Shown one piece after another: positions 26,204 through 37,304 of a stretch of DNA of 64,000 nucleotides (position 1 is the first letter of the stretch; every line of letters starts with the position of its first letter). The notes under the pieces were generated by a model. It did no database searches. It worked only from the letters and a program-made list of their open reading frames with translations, and was not told the origin of the DNA. Source of the stretch: Mobula hypostoma (taxonomy: Eukaryota). The translations under genes and the position numbers were made by a program. The stretch is taken from positions 30,690,001-30,754,000 of the forward strand of contig NC_086122.1 of assembly GCF_963921235.1 (NCBI RefSeq). Reading direction: 5' to 3'.

Positions 26204-27023
26204 CTTTTTGTGTTAAGTGAATAGATCTTCCCCTTGATCTGCTTCGACTTCTGTGTGAAGAATGGGTTCTGTACATAAAACTATGGTAGTTCCTTGGACG
26301 CTTGGATGAAAATCTTGACCTTGATCCTGAGCGGGATCTTCTGTACCTCAAGCTAGACCTAGATCTTGATCGGTACCTGAGGGGTGACCGATACGACATA
26401 TGATATCTTGATCTTCGGTAACAAGACCTTGAGCAGCTTCGAGACCGGGATCTTGAATGGGTTCCTCTTGATCTTTTGTATCTCTTCTCACGTGATGCAC
26501 ATCTTGACCTTGAAGCCGAATTAGTGTATTTTGAACTTGATCGGTACCTTTTTAATGAGGACACAGAACCCAAATAGGAACTGCCTGACGAGGACACCGA
26601 ACTTGATCTGGAACTGCCAGAAGAGGACATTGAATCTGACTGAGAGCTACCAGAAGATGAGACTGAACTGGAACGAGAGCTACAGGATGACGATACCGAA
26701 CTCGATCGAGAGCAACTCGATGATGACATCGAACCAGATCGTGAGCTGGCAGAGGATGAAACAGAATCTGACCGAGAGGTAGCAGAAGATGAGCAACAAC
26801 TTCCCAAAGATGATACTGAACCTGACTTCAAGATTTTGCATTTCTGATAGCCTGGAGTTCTGGACCGTGACACTCTCTTACACTTTTGAGGCTTATCTGA
26901 AGCAAGACACAATTCATCCACACCAATTGCAATTTTCTCAGCCTTCTTCTTCTGTATACTGCACCTATTTGTTCCCCACTTCATTTCAGACATTTGTTCA
27001 CGTTCCAGATTATGCAAATGCAT
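26204..27023 (-). CDS. RSRP1: RSRP1 first coding exon, Ser- and Arg/Ser-rich region
   Basis: (CT)n-cccctgccccag acceptor at 27030-27029, ATG at 27023, RS-rich ORF ending RSRGRSIHLTQK with donor gtagaa at 26203. The start codon choice (27023 vs in-frame 27149) is uncertain. Confidence 0.88.
26541..26771 (-). repeat. Coding 33-nt tandem repeat (7 units, consensus SxSVSSSGSSR) in RSRP1
   Basis: SDSVSSSASSR/SGSMSSSSCSR/SSSVSSSCSSR/SSSVSSSGSSQ/SDSMSSSGSSR/SSSVSSSGSSY/LGSVSSLKRYR. Confidence 0.85.
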
Positions 27024-27040
27024 TTTACCTGGGGCAGGGG

Positions 27041-27071
<31 letters not shown>

Positions 27072-28822
27072 AGAAAAGTCAGTATAGGATAGTGTAGAGG
27101 GCAGTTTGCTCGGGAGAGCATGCGCAGAGTCACCAGATACCGACGCCATATTTCAAGTACTTACACAAACTGAATTAATTCAAATGGTACAAATTTCAGC
27201 TGCTATTTTCTAGTACTGCATTTATAGTATGAAATACAACTTTATTTCTTTGAACTTTAACACACAGGAAGTCCCTTACTCATTTGGCTATGCTGGCTCT
27301 ATAATCTTTATATTAGTTCAAGTGCTCCATTCTCCTGCACAGATCTCCTTTTCCAAGTAATTCCTAGTTCACTGCAAGTAGATCCTATTCTGCTTTAAAA
27401 GTACTGTAACTGCTATATATTAGATTTTCTTTTCAAGCAATGTTATGATCAATTGAACATACAAAATCTTCATTTTTCTTCTGGTTCTCTTGGCCAAATA
27501 ATTTCAATTAAACCCCTTAGGACAATTTCCAAGTACTGTACAGATTCTTTTTTATTGTATCAAATAGATGAGACTGAATTTTAATTGAATCCTTAACCTT
27601 CTTTGCATTGAAGGCAAAAAATACATCAATACCAAACTTACCAAAGCTGGATTTCTTTTTCATCAGTTCCCAGGATAAATCAGTTGAATCTGGCCTGTTA
27701 ACACATAGAAAAATTAAATTGAAACATGGGACACTTATGTTTATGCAATTACAGGGAGGCTGCTGATCTGCAACGCAATTCTCTCCATGTGTAGATACAT
27801 CAGATATATATACACACACACAAAGAAATAGAAGTTACAAGTTAAAATTGACAATTTCAAGTGAGCAATTTTTATTATCACACTGCTAAAGTGCAGATAC
27901 TATCTGTAGTTCAATTTACAGTAATTAAAGTTCCATCGAGGACTCAACTCGCAAAAGTTTATATCTTACTTATTGAAAAATGAACCTGATTATCCATCTC
28001 TGTATGCCACAAAACCCTTTCCAATAACTATTTCCATGTACATTCAATACCCAAATCACAGACTTTCATAGACTCTACTTTCATCAATACCAAAGTCCAC
28101 TCATTGCCAACACTGCCTCCAGATCAAAAACTATTTTTTTTTTAATTCCCAGTTTAAAACAAGTCATTGACCTTATTGCAGCTCAAATTTGATACTGCAA
28201 TCTAAATCACTGAAATTCAATTTCCTTAAACAAGACACTACCTCAAGATCCAGAACCGAAATGGACTCTTCCCACCACCTCCACCTTTTCTCAAGGTGGT
28301 CAAGACTTTGTTTAAATGGAAGTCTGACTTACAATATTAGTAAATTGGATGGGAAGCCAAACAACAATATTCTAACAGTACAAGTAAAAGCTATACTGAT
28401 TTTAAACTTTTAGAAAGTGGCAGACTGGTACATATGCATGAGATTAAAGTTGAAGGCAAATTAGACAGGATTAAAAATATTTTAATTTTTTTAGAATTAA
28501 TTTTTAAGTAGGATATTTCTCCTAGAAGTTTACAAGACTTTTGTTTTATACAGCCATAGATTGCTAACCAGTAACTACAGCTATACAGTTCATTATACTC
28601 CATCTTTTTGTGAGAAGTATTTAATTGGTCAGTTGCATTCTAGATGTTTCCAGCTAAAAGCTTCATTGTATATTGACCATTACCACAAAATCCAGGCAAT
28701 AGTTCAATTCAGTGAATCCTGTCCTTTGATTTGCATGCTGGATAGCAATACCTGTGCCATTTTCTCTTCACAATAGGGGAAAATACTCAAGCACCTCCAT
28801 CCTATTGGCCCCATCAACTTAC

Positions 28823-28914
28823 CTGGACTCTATCATAATTCACTTTTTAAGAAGTGCTACATTCATTTTTAGATTGGACCCATTAAGAAAACATTTTTCC
28901 TTATTAAATTGAAT
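28823..28914 (-). other. RSRP1: Candidate RSRP1 5'UTR cassette exon (92 nt)
   Basis: tttttgtattggcag acceptor and CCAG|gtaagt donor; stops in the frame of the main ORF. Confidence 0.5.
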
Positions 28915-29836
28915 CTGCCAATACAAAAAGTGACCAAGTTGCTATCTTGAGAAGCAATTAGGGAATGCTTGCCCAAGGATCAGCATTAAGAGTCCCTACG
29001 TGAGCATCTTATTAACTCACCACTGCCATCCAATGGCGAATTAGGACTTTTTCCAGAACATTTCAACGCTTGAGGGTTCACGAAACTAAAACGGTTGGAG
29101 GGTGGGGCAGTCCGATTAAGTAATAAAAGGATTAACAATCTCAATGACAAAGGTCATCCGATCCTAGAGGTTCAGCCTCTTCTTCCTATAGTCATGCAAA
29201 TTGTCGTCAACGGTTTAAAAAAAAGTTAAAGGAACAATTCGGTACTGATAGATTACCGATTTATGGTGATTGTTTCACGAAATTAAACATTTCGATGTCA
29301 AATACCCTGGGTCTGTCCCAAACTCTCTTCAAGCACGCCCAAGCAATGACTTTGACCCCAATCTCATCTGTATTTTATGAACCCGACCTATAGACGTTGA
29401 CCCTCGAATTTAGCTGCTGACTCTGCGACCTAAACAACAAAATACCTCAGGTACAAAAGTTTTTTTAAACAAGAAATTCCAGAAACGGCGGGTATGTTAT
29501 ATTTAACTATGACCAGAAACTGTTAGAAACGCTCAACAGGTCAGGCAGGCGGTTGTGAGAGTGACGAAGACATTTTAGCCTCAGATAAAATGACACCGAC
29601 AGAAACACTGACTAAATCCTTCTCTATTGTCCTTGCCAGTATTTTTTGTTTCCAAAACTACCTCAAAAACTGAGTTTGGCTGCGTGACAAAGCCCCCGTC
29701 CGCCTTCAATAAAAGACTGCGTCATACTCAACAACAGCGCATAAAATGGCCTTATAAATTAAGACTTCCAAAAAAAAGCCAAGGAATTTAAATCGAAACC
29801 TCTATATTTAAAAAAAAATGTCACTTCAGATCTTAC

Positions 29837-30030
29837 CGTTTACAATTATTGCCTTTAATCGCCGAGGATTCCACAAGGGCACTAACTCCCCTGCTATCCG
29901 TCGCCACCATCTTATGAACTGCAGCTAAGCGAGCACTTCTCTCCTTTTATGACCATTGTGACACCGGGGGGCCGCCTTCACTTCACTGTTATTGGCTCGC
30001 TGACGCATAACCTTATTCCCATTGGCTGCT
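29837..30030 (-). promoter_or_regulatory. RSRP1: RSRP1 core promoter and first exon
   Basis: Two CCAAT boxes (ATTGG on plus at 29991 and 30021), TGACGCA at 30001, CATAAAA TATA-like box on minus at 29951-29945, AAGATGG YY1/TISU-like motif at 29913-29907, donor ACG|gtaaga at 29836. Locally CpG-rich. Confidence 0.8.
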
Positions 30031-30501
30031 GTGGAGAATGACTGAAAATTTAGCCTATCAGGAAGCACGGAGGCGTTTAATCGGCGCTTGGTCCCGGCTG
30101 CTTCTGTCTATTCGAAGCACGAATGGGCAGAACGGCTGTCAATCAAGAGCGATGGCCACAGGAGAAACAATTAAATACAGAGACTAAAGAAAGGTAGAAT
30201 ATGAGCAGATGATGATGAGGCGGTTAAGGAGCAATTGTCAACTGATGCTGCCTGGCTGCTTCATCATAATGCAATATCAGTATCTTGGATGAGGATCTTC
30301 CAACCCAAAACACTAATCAAATTTACATGCCAAAAAGTAATCCTATGCCTTCCTCCACCTTCATATCTGGCTTCTGCCCTTCCTTTCCAGTCCTGGCGAA
30401 GGGTCTCGACCAGAAACGTCCTCGGTTTTATTCCCCTCCATAGATGCTGCCTGATTTGATGAATTCCTCCTGCATTTTCTTTGCCTGTTAATTTTATTTG
30501 T

Positions 30502-32361
30502 CAACACACATAAAAGTTGCTGGTGAATGCAGCAGGCCAGGCAGCATCTCTAGGAAGACGTAATAGTTGACGTTTTAGGCCGAGACCCTTCGTCAGGACT
30601 AACTGAAAGAAGAGCTAGTAAGAGATTTGAAAGTGGGAGGGGAGGGGGAGATCCGAAATGATAGGAGAAGACAGGAGGGGGAGGGATGGAGCCAAGAGCT
30701 GGACAGGTGATTGGCAAAAGGGATATGAGAGGATCATGGGACAGGAGGCCCAGGGAGAAGGAAAAGGGGGAGGGGGGAAAAACCCAGAGGATGGGCAAGG
30801 GGTATAGTTAGAGGGACAGAGGGAGAAAAAGGAGAGAGAGAAAAAGAATGTGTGTATATAAATAAATAACGGATGGGGCATTAGCAGAACTTTGAGAAGT
30901 CAATGTTCATGCCATCAGGTTGGAGGCTACCCAGACAGAATACGAGGTGTTGTTCCTCCAACCTGAGTGTGGCTTCATCTTTACAGTAGAGGAGGCCGTG
31001 GATAGACATATCAGAATGGGAATGGAACGTGGAATTGAAATGTGTGGCTACTGGGAGATCCTGCTTTCTCTGGTGGACAGAGCGTAAGTGTTCAACAAAA
31101 CGATCTCCCAGTCTGCGTCGGGTCTTGCCAATATATAGAAGGCCACATCGGGAGCACCGGACGCAGTATATCACCCCAGCCGACTCACAAGTGAAGTGTC
31201 ACCTCACCTGGAAGGACTGTCTGGGGCCCTGAATGGTGGTGAGGGAGGAAGTGTAAGGCCATGTGTAGCACTTGTTCCACTTACAAGGATAAGTGCCAGG
31301 AGGGACATCGGTGGGGAGGGATGGGGGGGATGAATGGACAAGGGAGTCGCGTAGGGAGCGATCCCTGCGGAAAGCAGAAAGAGGGGGGAGAGGGAAAGAT
31401 GTGTTTAGTGGTGGGATCTCGTTGGAGGTGGCAGAAGTTACGGAGAATTATATGTTGGACCCGGAGGCTGGTGGGGTGGTAGGTGAGGACAAGGGGAACC
31501 CTATTCCTAGTGGGGTGGTGGGAGGATGGAGTGAGAGCAGGTATGCGTGAAATGGGGGAGATGCCTTTGAGAGCAGAGTTGATGGTGGAGGAAGGGAAGC
31601 CCCTTTGTTTAAAAAGGGAGGACATCTCCCTTGTCCTGGAATGAAAAGCCTCATCCTGAGAGCAGATGCGGCAGAGATGGAGGAATTGCGAGAAGGTGAT
31701 GGCATTTTTGCAAGAGACAGGGTGAGAAGAGGAATAGTCCAGATAGCTGTGAGAGTCAATAGGCTTATAGTAGACATCAGTAGATAAACTGTCTCCAGAG
31801 ATAGAGACAGAAAGATCTAGACAGGGGAGGCAGGTGTTGGAAATGGACCAGGTAAACTTGAGGGCAGGGTGAAAGTTGGAGGCAAAGTTAATGAAGTCAA
31901 CGAGCTCAGCATGCATGCAGGAAGCAGCGCCAATGCAGTCGTCCAATGCAGTACCCCATCCGTTATTTATTTATATACACACATTCTTTTTCTCTCTCTC
32001 CTTTTTCTCCCTCTGTCCCTCTCACTATACCCCTTGCCCATCCTCTGGGCTCCCCCCACCTTTTCTTTCTCCCTAGGCCTCCTGTCCCATGATCCTCTCA
32101 TATCCCTCTTGCCAATCACCTGTCCAGCTCTTGGCTCCATCCCTCCCCCTCCTGTCTTCTTCTATCATTTTGAATCTCCCCCTCCCCCTCCCACTTTCAA
32201 ATCTCTTACTAGCTCTTCTTTCAGTTAGTCCTGACGAAGGGTCTCGGCCTGAAACGTCGACTGTACCTCTTCCTAGAGATGCTGCCTGGCCTGCTGCGTT
32301 CACCAGCAACTTTTATGTGTGTTGCTTGAAATTCCAGCATCTGCAGATTTCCTCGTGTTTG
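30502..32361 (-). mobile_element. 5'-truncated Penelope-like retroelement (RT C-terminus and GIY-YIG endonuclease) flanked by inverted pLTRs
   Basis: ORF 31281-31946 (DDCIG..NFHPALKFT..YLDYSSSHP) and ORF 30881-31174 (IYCVRCSRCGLLYIG..R..EH). Inverted ~380-bp repeats at 30502-30880 and 31947-32361. ~12-bp TSD aatt(t/a)tatttgt at 30490 and 32362. Confidence 0.93.
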
Positions 32362-33037
32362 AATTATATTTGTCATTTTATTTCATAGGCGCAGACTTGG
32401 GCTTTTCTTTTGGTCAATCAATATGTACTTTTTTCCAGAAATAAATTGCGATGAATTAATATTTTGTTCCTTAAATTTGGAAAATTTCTGAAGTCTTGAT
32501 TTAAGATTATCTCCTTGCTTCCATGTTGTTCCCTTCTTTAGCAAAACTCAGTGACGTCACCAGACAAGCAAGATGGTTACGGCCATCCAATTTAAGCTTC
32601 AACAACCTGCTCAGATCCAGGAGGATCCTCCAGTAGAACTGACCATACAATGTCCCTAGGAAGATCTGGAACTAGTACTAGAACAGACTAGTCCAGCAGT
32701 TGCACTGGTATGTCACAAACGATATGCCAGATTTTTCCATCGGACCAGAAGTGATGGTGCAGGCGTCTGGTCAAAATCTTTTAGGATTAGGTCAAACATA
32801 AGCAAAGAACCCTCTCACCATTTACCACCCCACATAAACGGTGCAAACGTGGGTTCATATCCCATTCTCATTAGAATAACGCACACACAGAATGCTGGAA
32901 AATGCAATCGAGCAGTGATTAATTAGATAAACTCACTACACAATGCAGATTACAAGTTGCTAGTCTTTTCTACACCCAGAGTAATGGTTACAATTCAGAA
33001 CTATATGCAAATTTTCAAAGCACATATACAATTCGTT

Positions 33038-33337
33038 GGCGCGTGGCCAAGTGGTTAAGGCATTCCTCTAGTGATTTGAAGGTCGCTAGTTCGAGGCTTG
33101 GCTGAGGCAGCGTGTGTGTCCTTGAGCAAGGCACTTAACCACACATTGCTCTATAATGACACTGGTGCCAAGCTGTATGGGTCCTAATGCCCTTCCCTTG
33201 GACAACATTGGTGTCGTGGAGAGGGGAGACTTGCAGCATGGGCAACTGCTGGTCTTCCATACAACCTTGCCCAGGCCTGCACCCTGGAAACCTTCCAAGG
33301 TGCAAATCCATGGTCTTATGAGACTAACGGATGCCTA
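33038..33337 (+). mobile_element. tRNA-derived SINE
   Basis: A-box TGGCCAAGTGG and B-box-like AGTTCGAGG head followed by a non-tRNA body whose 3' part recurs at 37121-37219. Confidence 0.8.
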
Positions 33338-34817
33338 TACAGTATATACAATTTATTTTAAGCAAAAATAGCATAAGAATAACTATACACATACTAAACA
33401 TGTTTTAGATGAAGACTAAGCTTTTCTCCATATTGAATAGCATTTGGAAGAAACAGAGAAAAACAACAATAACATTTGAATGGAAGACTGCAATATCTCC
33501 AACTAAGGGCAACATTTCAGATCGCTTTAAGTCATTGCTGCTTCATTACCTCTAACCCTTGTGCTGGTCCAGATGCAGAAGCACCGCCTGTTTTTTAAAA
33601 AATATTACCGGGAAAGGTTAAGATGAGGGTTCCATTCTCTGACAAAAAAAAGTTGCCTGTATGGTAATTCCGCTCCCAGGGTAGCCCAAAACTACGAATT
33701 GATCGGGGTTCAATTCCCGCCACTGTCCTTAATGAGTTTGAGCGTTCACTCTGTGATCGTGTGACTGTCGCTGATACTAACGACGTTATTTAACTGTATG
33801 CCTTGATGTACACTCGACGAATAAAACAAATTTTATCTTAAATATGTGAAGATAAGATATGTGAATAAATCCAGCAGGAAATAGAAAGACAGACTTGCCC
33901 TAAATACCAAAATCATTGAATTAGGTAAAGTTAATATTTCCAAGAGAAAGTGAAATAAACGCAAGGAAAAATATAGAATATGGTGATAAGAGTAATAAAA
34001 AAGTTTGGGGGAATTGCAATTATATTAGTATAGACCACTTGAGCCAAATAGTTAATTACTCTGTAATTTCAGCAGCATTGACAATTTCGAAAATTCCTAA
34101 TTAATAACTAGAGGAGTGCAGTAAACAATTCCAGACATTTAAGGTAAAATTACAAGAGGGAACCCATACATTTCGCCAATGTAAAGATTTTAACCAATTA
34201 GAGGGAAAGAAAAAAATCAAATATAATAGAGAGAGCCGACAATATATTTATATCTACCGATAGAGAGCAGCTGTCAACATGGATGGAAAGAAAGTATTTT
34301 CGGGAGAACGGAGTAACAATTGTTAACCATAAGTAGGGAAGTAGGGAAATTGGGGGGGGGGGAACATCTCTCTTCCTAAAGAGAAAGCATGGGGCTTCGA
34401 TTTTCATCAGCATCATGTTTTTAACCTAGAGTTGAGAAGCCAACATTTTTCCCTTACAGAAAAGGAAAGATCGATTTTTTTTCCCCAAAAGAGAGCAGTT
34501 TTCACCTAAAGAGAAAAAAAAATCGAACATTTTTTTTCTGCAGGAGCAACAATTTTTTTGTGCAAAGACTTATCTACAAAGTAAAGCAATAATTTTCATG
34601 CAGAGGACGCACAATCCAACCCTCTTTGCAGAGGGGGTGCAGAGTTGGAGGGGAGGGGGGAGCCGGTGCCCCAGAGGGTGGGGCGCACAGAGGTCGCGCC
34701 TTTGGTAGGAGGAGGGCGCGCTGTTCCGATCCTTGGCTTCGGCCTCGCCGTGTGCCAGTGTCCAGAGCCGGCCTCCAGCTCACCCCGCCTCCGGGGCCAG
34801 GCCTGCCCGCCGCCCCT

Positions 34818-34973
34818 ATGCAGTACGTGCCGCCGCAGAGTGCGAAAGCCCACCCCACTCAACTCATACCCCCTCAGTTCGGCTACGTGATCCTGGTGTT
34901 CATTTACAGCTGGGTCATGCTGGCTTACCTGGGAGCCAAAGTGGGCTTCGCCAGGAAGAAATACAACGTCAAG
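34818..34973 (+). CDS. mgst3b: Microsomal glutathione S-transferase 3-like (mgst3b type, MAPEG) exon 1 (MQYVPP...FGYVILVFIYSWVMLAYLGAKVGFARKKYNVK)
   Basis: ATG inside a GC-rich island (~34630-34970), AAG|gtaagg donor, ARKKYxVK motif of MGST3 and FGYVI..YSW typical of fish mgst3b. Confidence 0.9.
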
Positions 34974-35257
34974 GTAAGGAGAAATCAAAACCCTTATCTA
35001 GGGTTAGTTCCATTCCAAACACCAGAGCTTGGGTTTACTTCTTTATCAGCTGAAGGTTTTCAGCAAACACTGCGTTGCGTTGTTCATCCACCCGTTGTCT
35101 ATCCACCTGGTTAACATTTAAAGTTCCTTTGAATTCTCCCGTGGGTTTTGGTTCCTGAAATTGGAGGGAGGCTCCCTCTTGGTGACAAGGCCCATGGCTC
35201 CATTTTCTCAAAGGGGAGTCTTTTTCACAACCATAAATTTTCATCAAAATATACCTA

Positions 35258-37304
35258 CAGTGCCTTGAAAAAAGTGTTCAGCCCCCAACCCTTTGCTTGC
35301 ATAAATGAGTATTGCAACCAGGGATTTTGATTAATTTAACTGAGAATTGTTATTTGTAAATCACATACTCCTTTCTTCACAGTAGAGCCAAAAAAAACCC
35401 AGAAAATTGTAAAATATGGAAATCTAAAACTTCAAAAACTGAAATGTCTGTTGTTCAAAAAGTATTCATCCCCCATTGCTCAATACTTAGTTGACCTGCT
35501 CCAGAGGATATCACAGCCAGCAGTCTTTTTGGATAAGTCTCTGTTAGCTTTGCACAATGTGATGGAACAAGATTTGTCCTTTACTCCTTGCAAAATTGCT
35601 CATGCTGTGCCAGGCTAGTTGGGGAGTGTGAGTGGACAGCAGTCTTGAGGTCTTGCCAGAGATGTTTGATCAGGTTAAGGTCAAGACTGACTGAGTCACT
35701 CAAGAACATCAATATTCTTCCACTTGAAGCCACTCTATGGTTGCTCTGGCCTGCTGAAAGACTAACTTCTTCCCCAGTTAACGCTTTCTAGCAGAAGCTA
35801 GAAGTTTTTTTTAATCCAGGATCTCTGTATTTAGCAGTGTTTATCTTCCATCAATCCTGACTGGATCTCCAGTTCCTGCTGCTGAAAAGCATCCCATAGC
35901 ATGATGCTACCTCTACCATACTTTACAGTAGGGATGGTGTTACCAGGCTGATGCGCAGTATTAGATTTACACCACACGTACTGCTTAGTGTTGAGGTCAA
36001 AAAGTACAACTTTAGTCTCATACGGCATGAAGACCTTCTTCCACATCTTTATAGTATCTTCTAAGTGATGCTTTGAAAGCCTTTATGGACAAGCGTATGC
36101 TTTTTTTAAAATAAGCCAGAGCTTCTTCCTTGCCACTCTTCCACAAATTCCCTTTTTTTTTTGAAAGGCCTTAGAGATGAGAGGTGACCTGATAGAGGTA
36201 TACAAGATGATGAGAGGCATTGATCGTGTGGATGGTCAGAAGCTTTTCCCCAGGGCTGAAATGGCTAGCTCAAGAGGACACAGTTTTAAGGTGCTTGGAA
36301 GTAGGTACAGAGGAGATGTCAGGGGTAAGTTTTTTTACGCAGAGTGGTGAGTGTGTGGAATGGGCTGCTGGCGACAGTGGTGGAGGCGGATACAATAGGG
36401 TCCTTTAAGAGATTCCTGGACAGGTACAAGCAGCTGAGAAAAATAGAGGGCTATGGGTAACCCTAGGTAATTTCTGAGGACAGGACATATTTGGCACAGC
36501 TTTGTGGGCTGAAGGGCCTGTATTGTTCTGTAGGTTTTCTATGTTTCTAGATTGTGGAGCCATGAACTGGAGTCATCTCCAGTTGCAGCTCACTCAGAGT
36601 GACTGTTGGCATCACAGTAGCCTCTCTTACAAGTCTATTCTTCTCCAGCAACTACGTTTAGAGGTGCAGCCTGACCTAGGCAGTGTGGCTATGGTTTCAT
36701 ATTTTTCCACAATGGATTGCTCTGAGCTCCAAGGTGTGTTCAGTGCCTTTGAGATGGTCTTGTGCCCATCTCCAGATCTCTATTATTTCTCTGACTTGCC
36801 TTGAATGCTCTTTTATCTTCATTTTGGTTTGGTCTGTTGAATATCTACCGTGCTGTTGGACCTTACAGAAAGAGGGGTGTTTATTCAGGTGATCCTCCAA
36901 TTTTCTACATCAACAGATTGGATGAGTTAGTAAGGTAATGCACAGTATATTGCACCTGACCAAAGTCAGTGGAGTAGTTACAAAGGGGATGTATACCTCA
37001 CCATTTTGATTTTTGGTACATTGTTGATAGGGTTGGGGAATTTTTCTTTTGATTTGACATGATGCACAATGTTTTGTAGATTAGCTCAAAAAGTTATACT
37101 TAAATATGTTTTAAATTTAGAACTGGTGGTCTTCCATACAACCTTGCCCAGGCCTGCGCCGTGGAGAGTGAAGACTTTCCGGGCGCAGATCCATGGTCTC
37201 GCAAGACTAACGGATGCCTTTAATTTAAAATTTAGAAAATTTAGAAAATGAGACAGTAAAATGTGAAAATAGTTGTGGAGGCTGAATACTTTTTCAGGCC
37301 ACTA
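35258..37304 (-). mobile_element. Decayed Tc1/mariner DNA transposon with nested CR1 (~36173-36548) and SINE fragment (37121-37219)
   Basis: TA|cagtgccttgaaaaaagtgttcagcc left TIR, ggctgaatactttttcaggccact right [28 protein letters not shown] transposase remnant. Confidence 0.88.

Noticed and set aside
26531-27097. Plus-strand ORFs antisense to RSRP1
   Set aside because: By-product of the Ser/Arg repeat codons; no independent gene signals.
33038-33110. tRNA gene
   Set aside because: A/B boxes are present but no convincing acceptor stem, and it runs into a repeat body found again at 37121. It is a SINE head.
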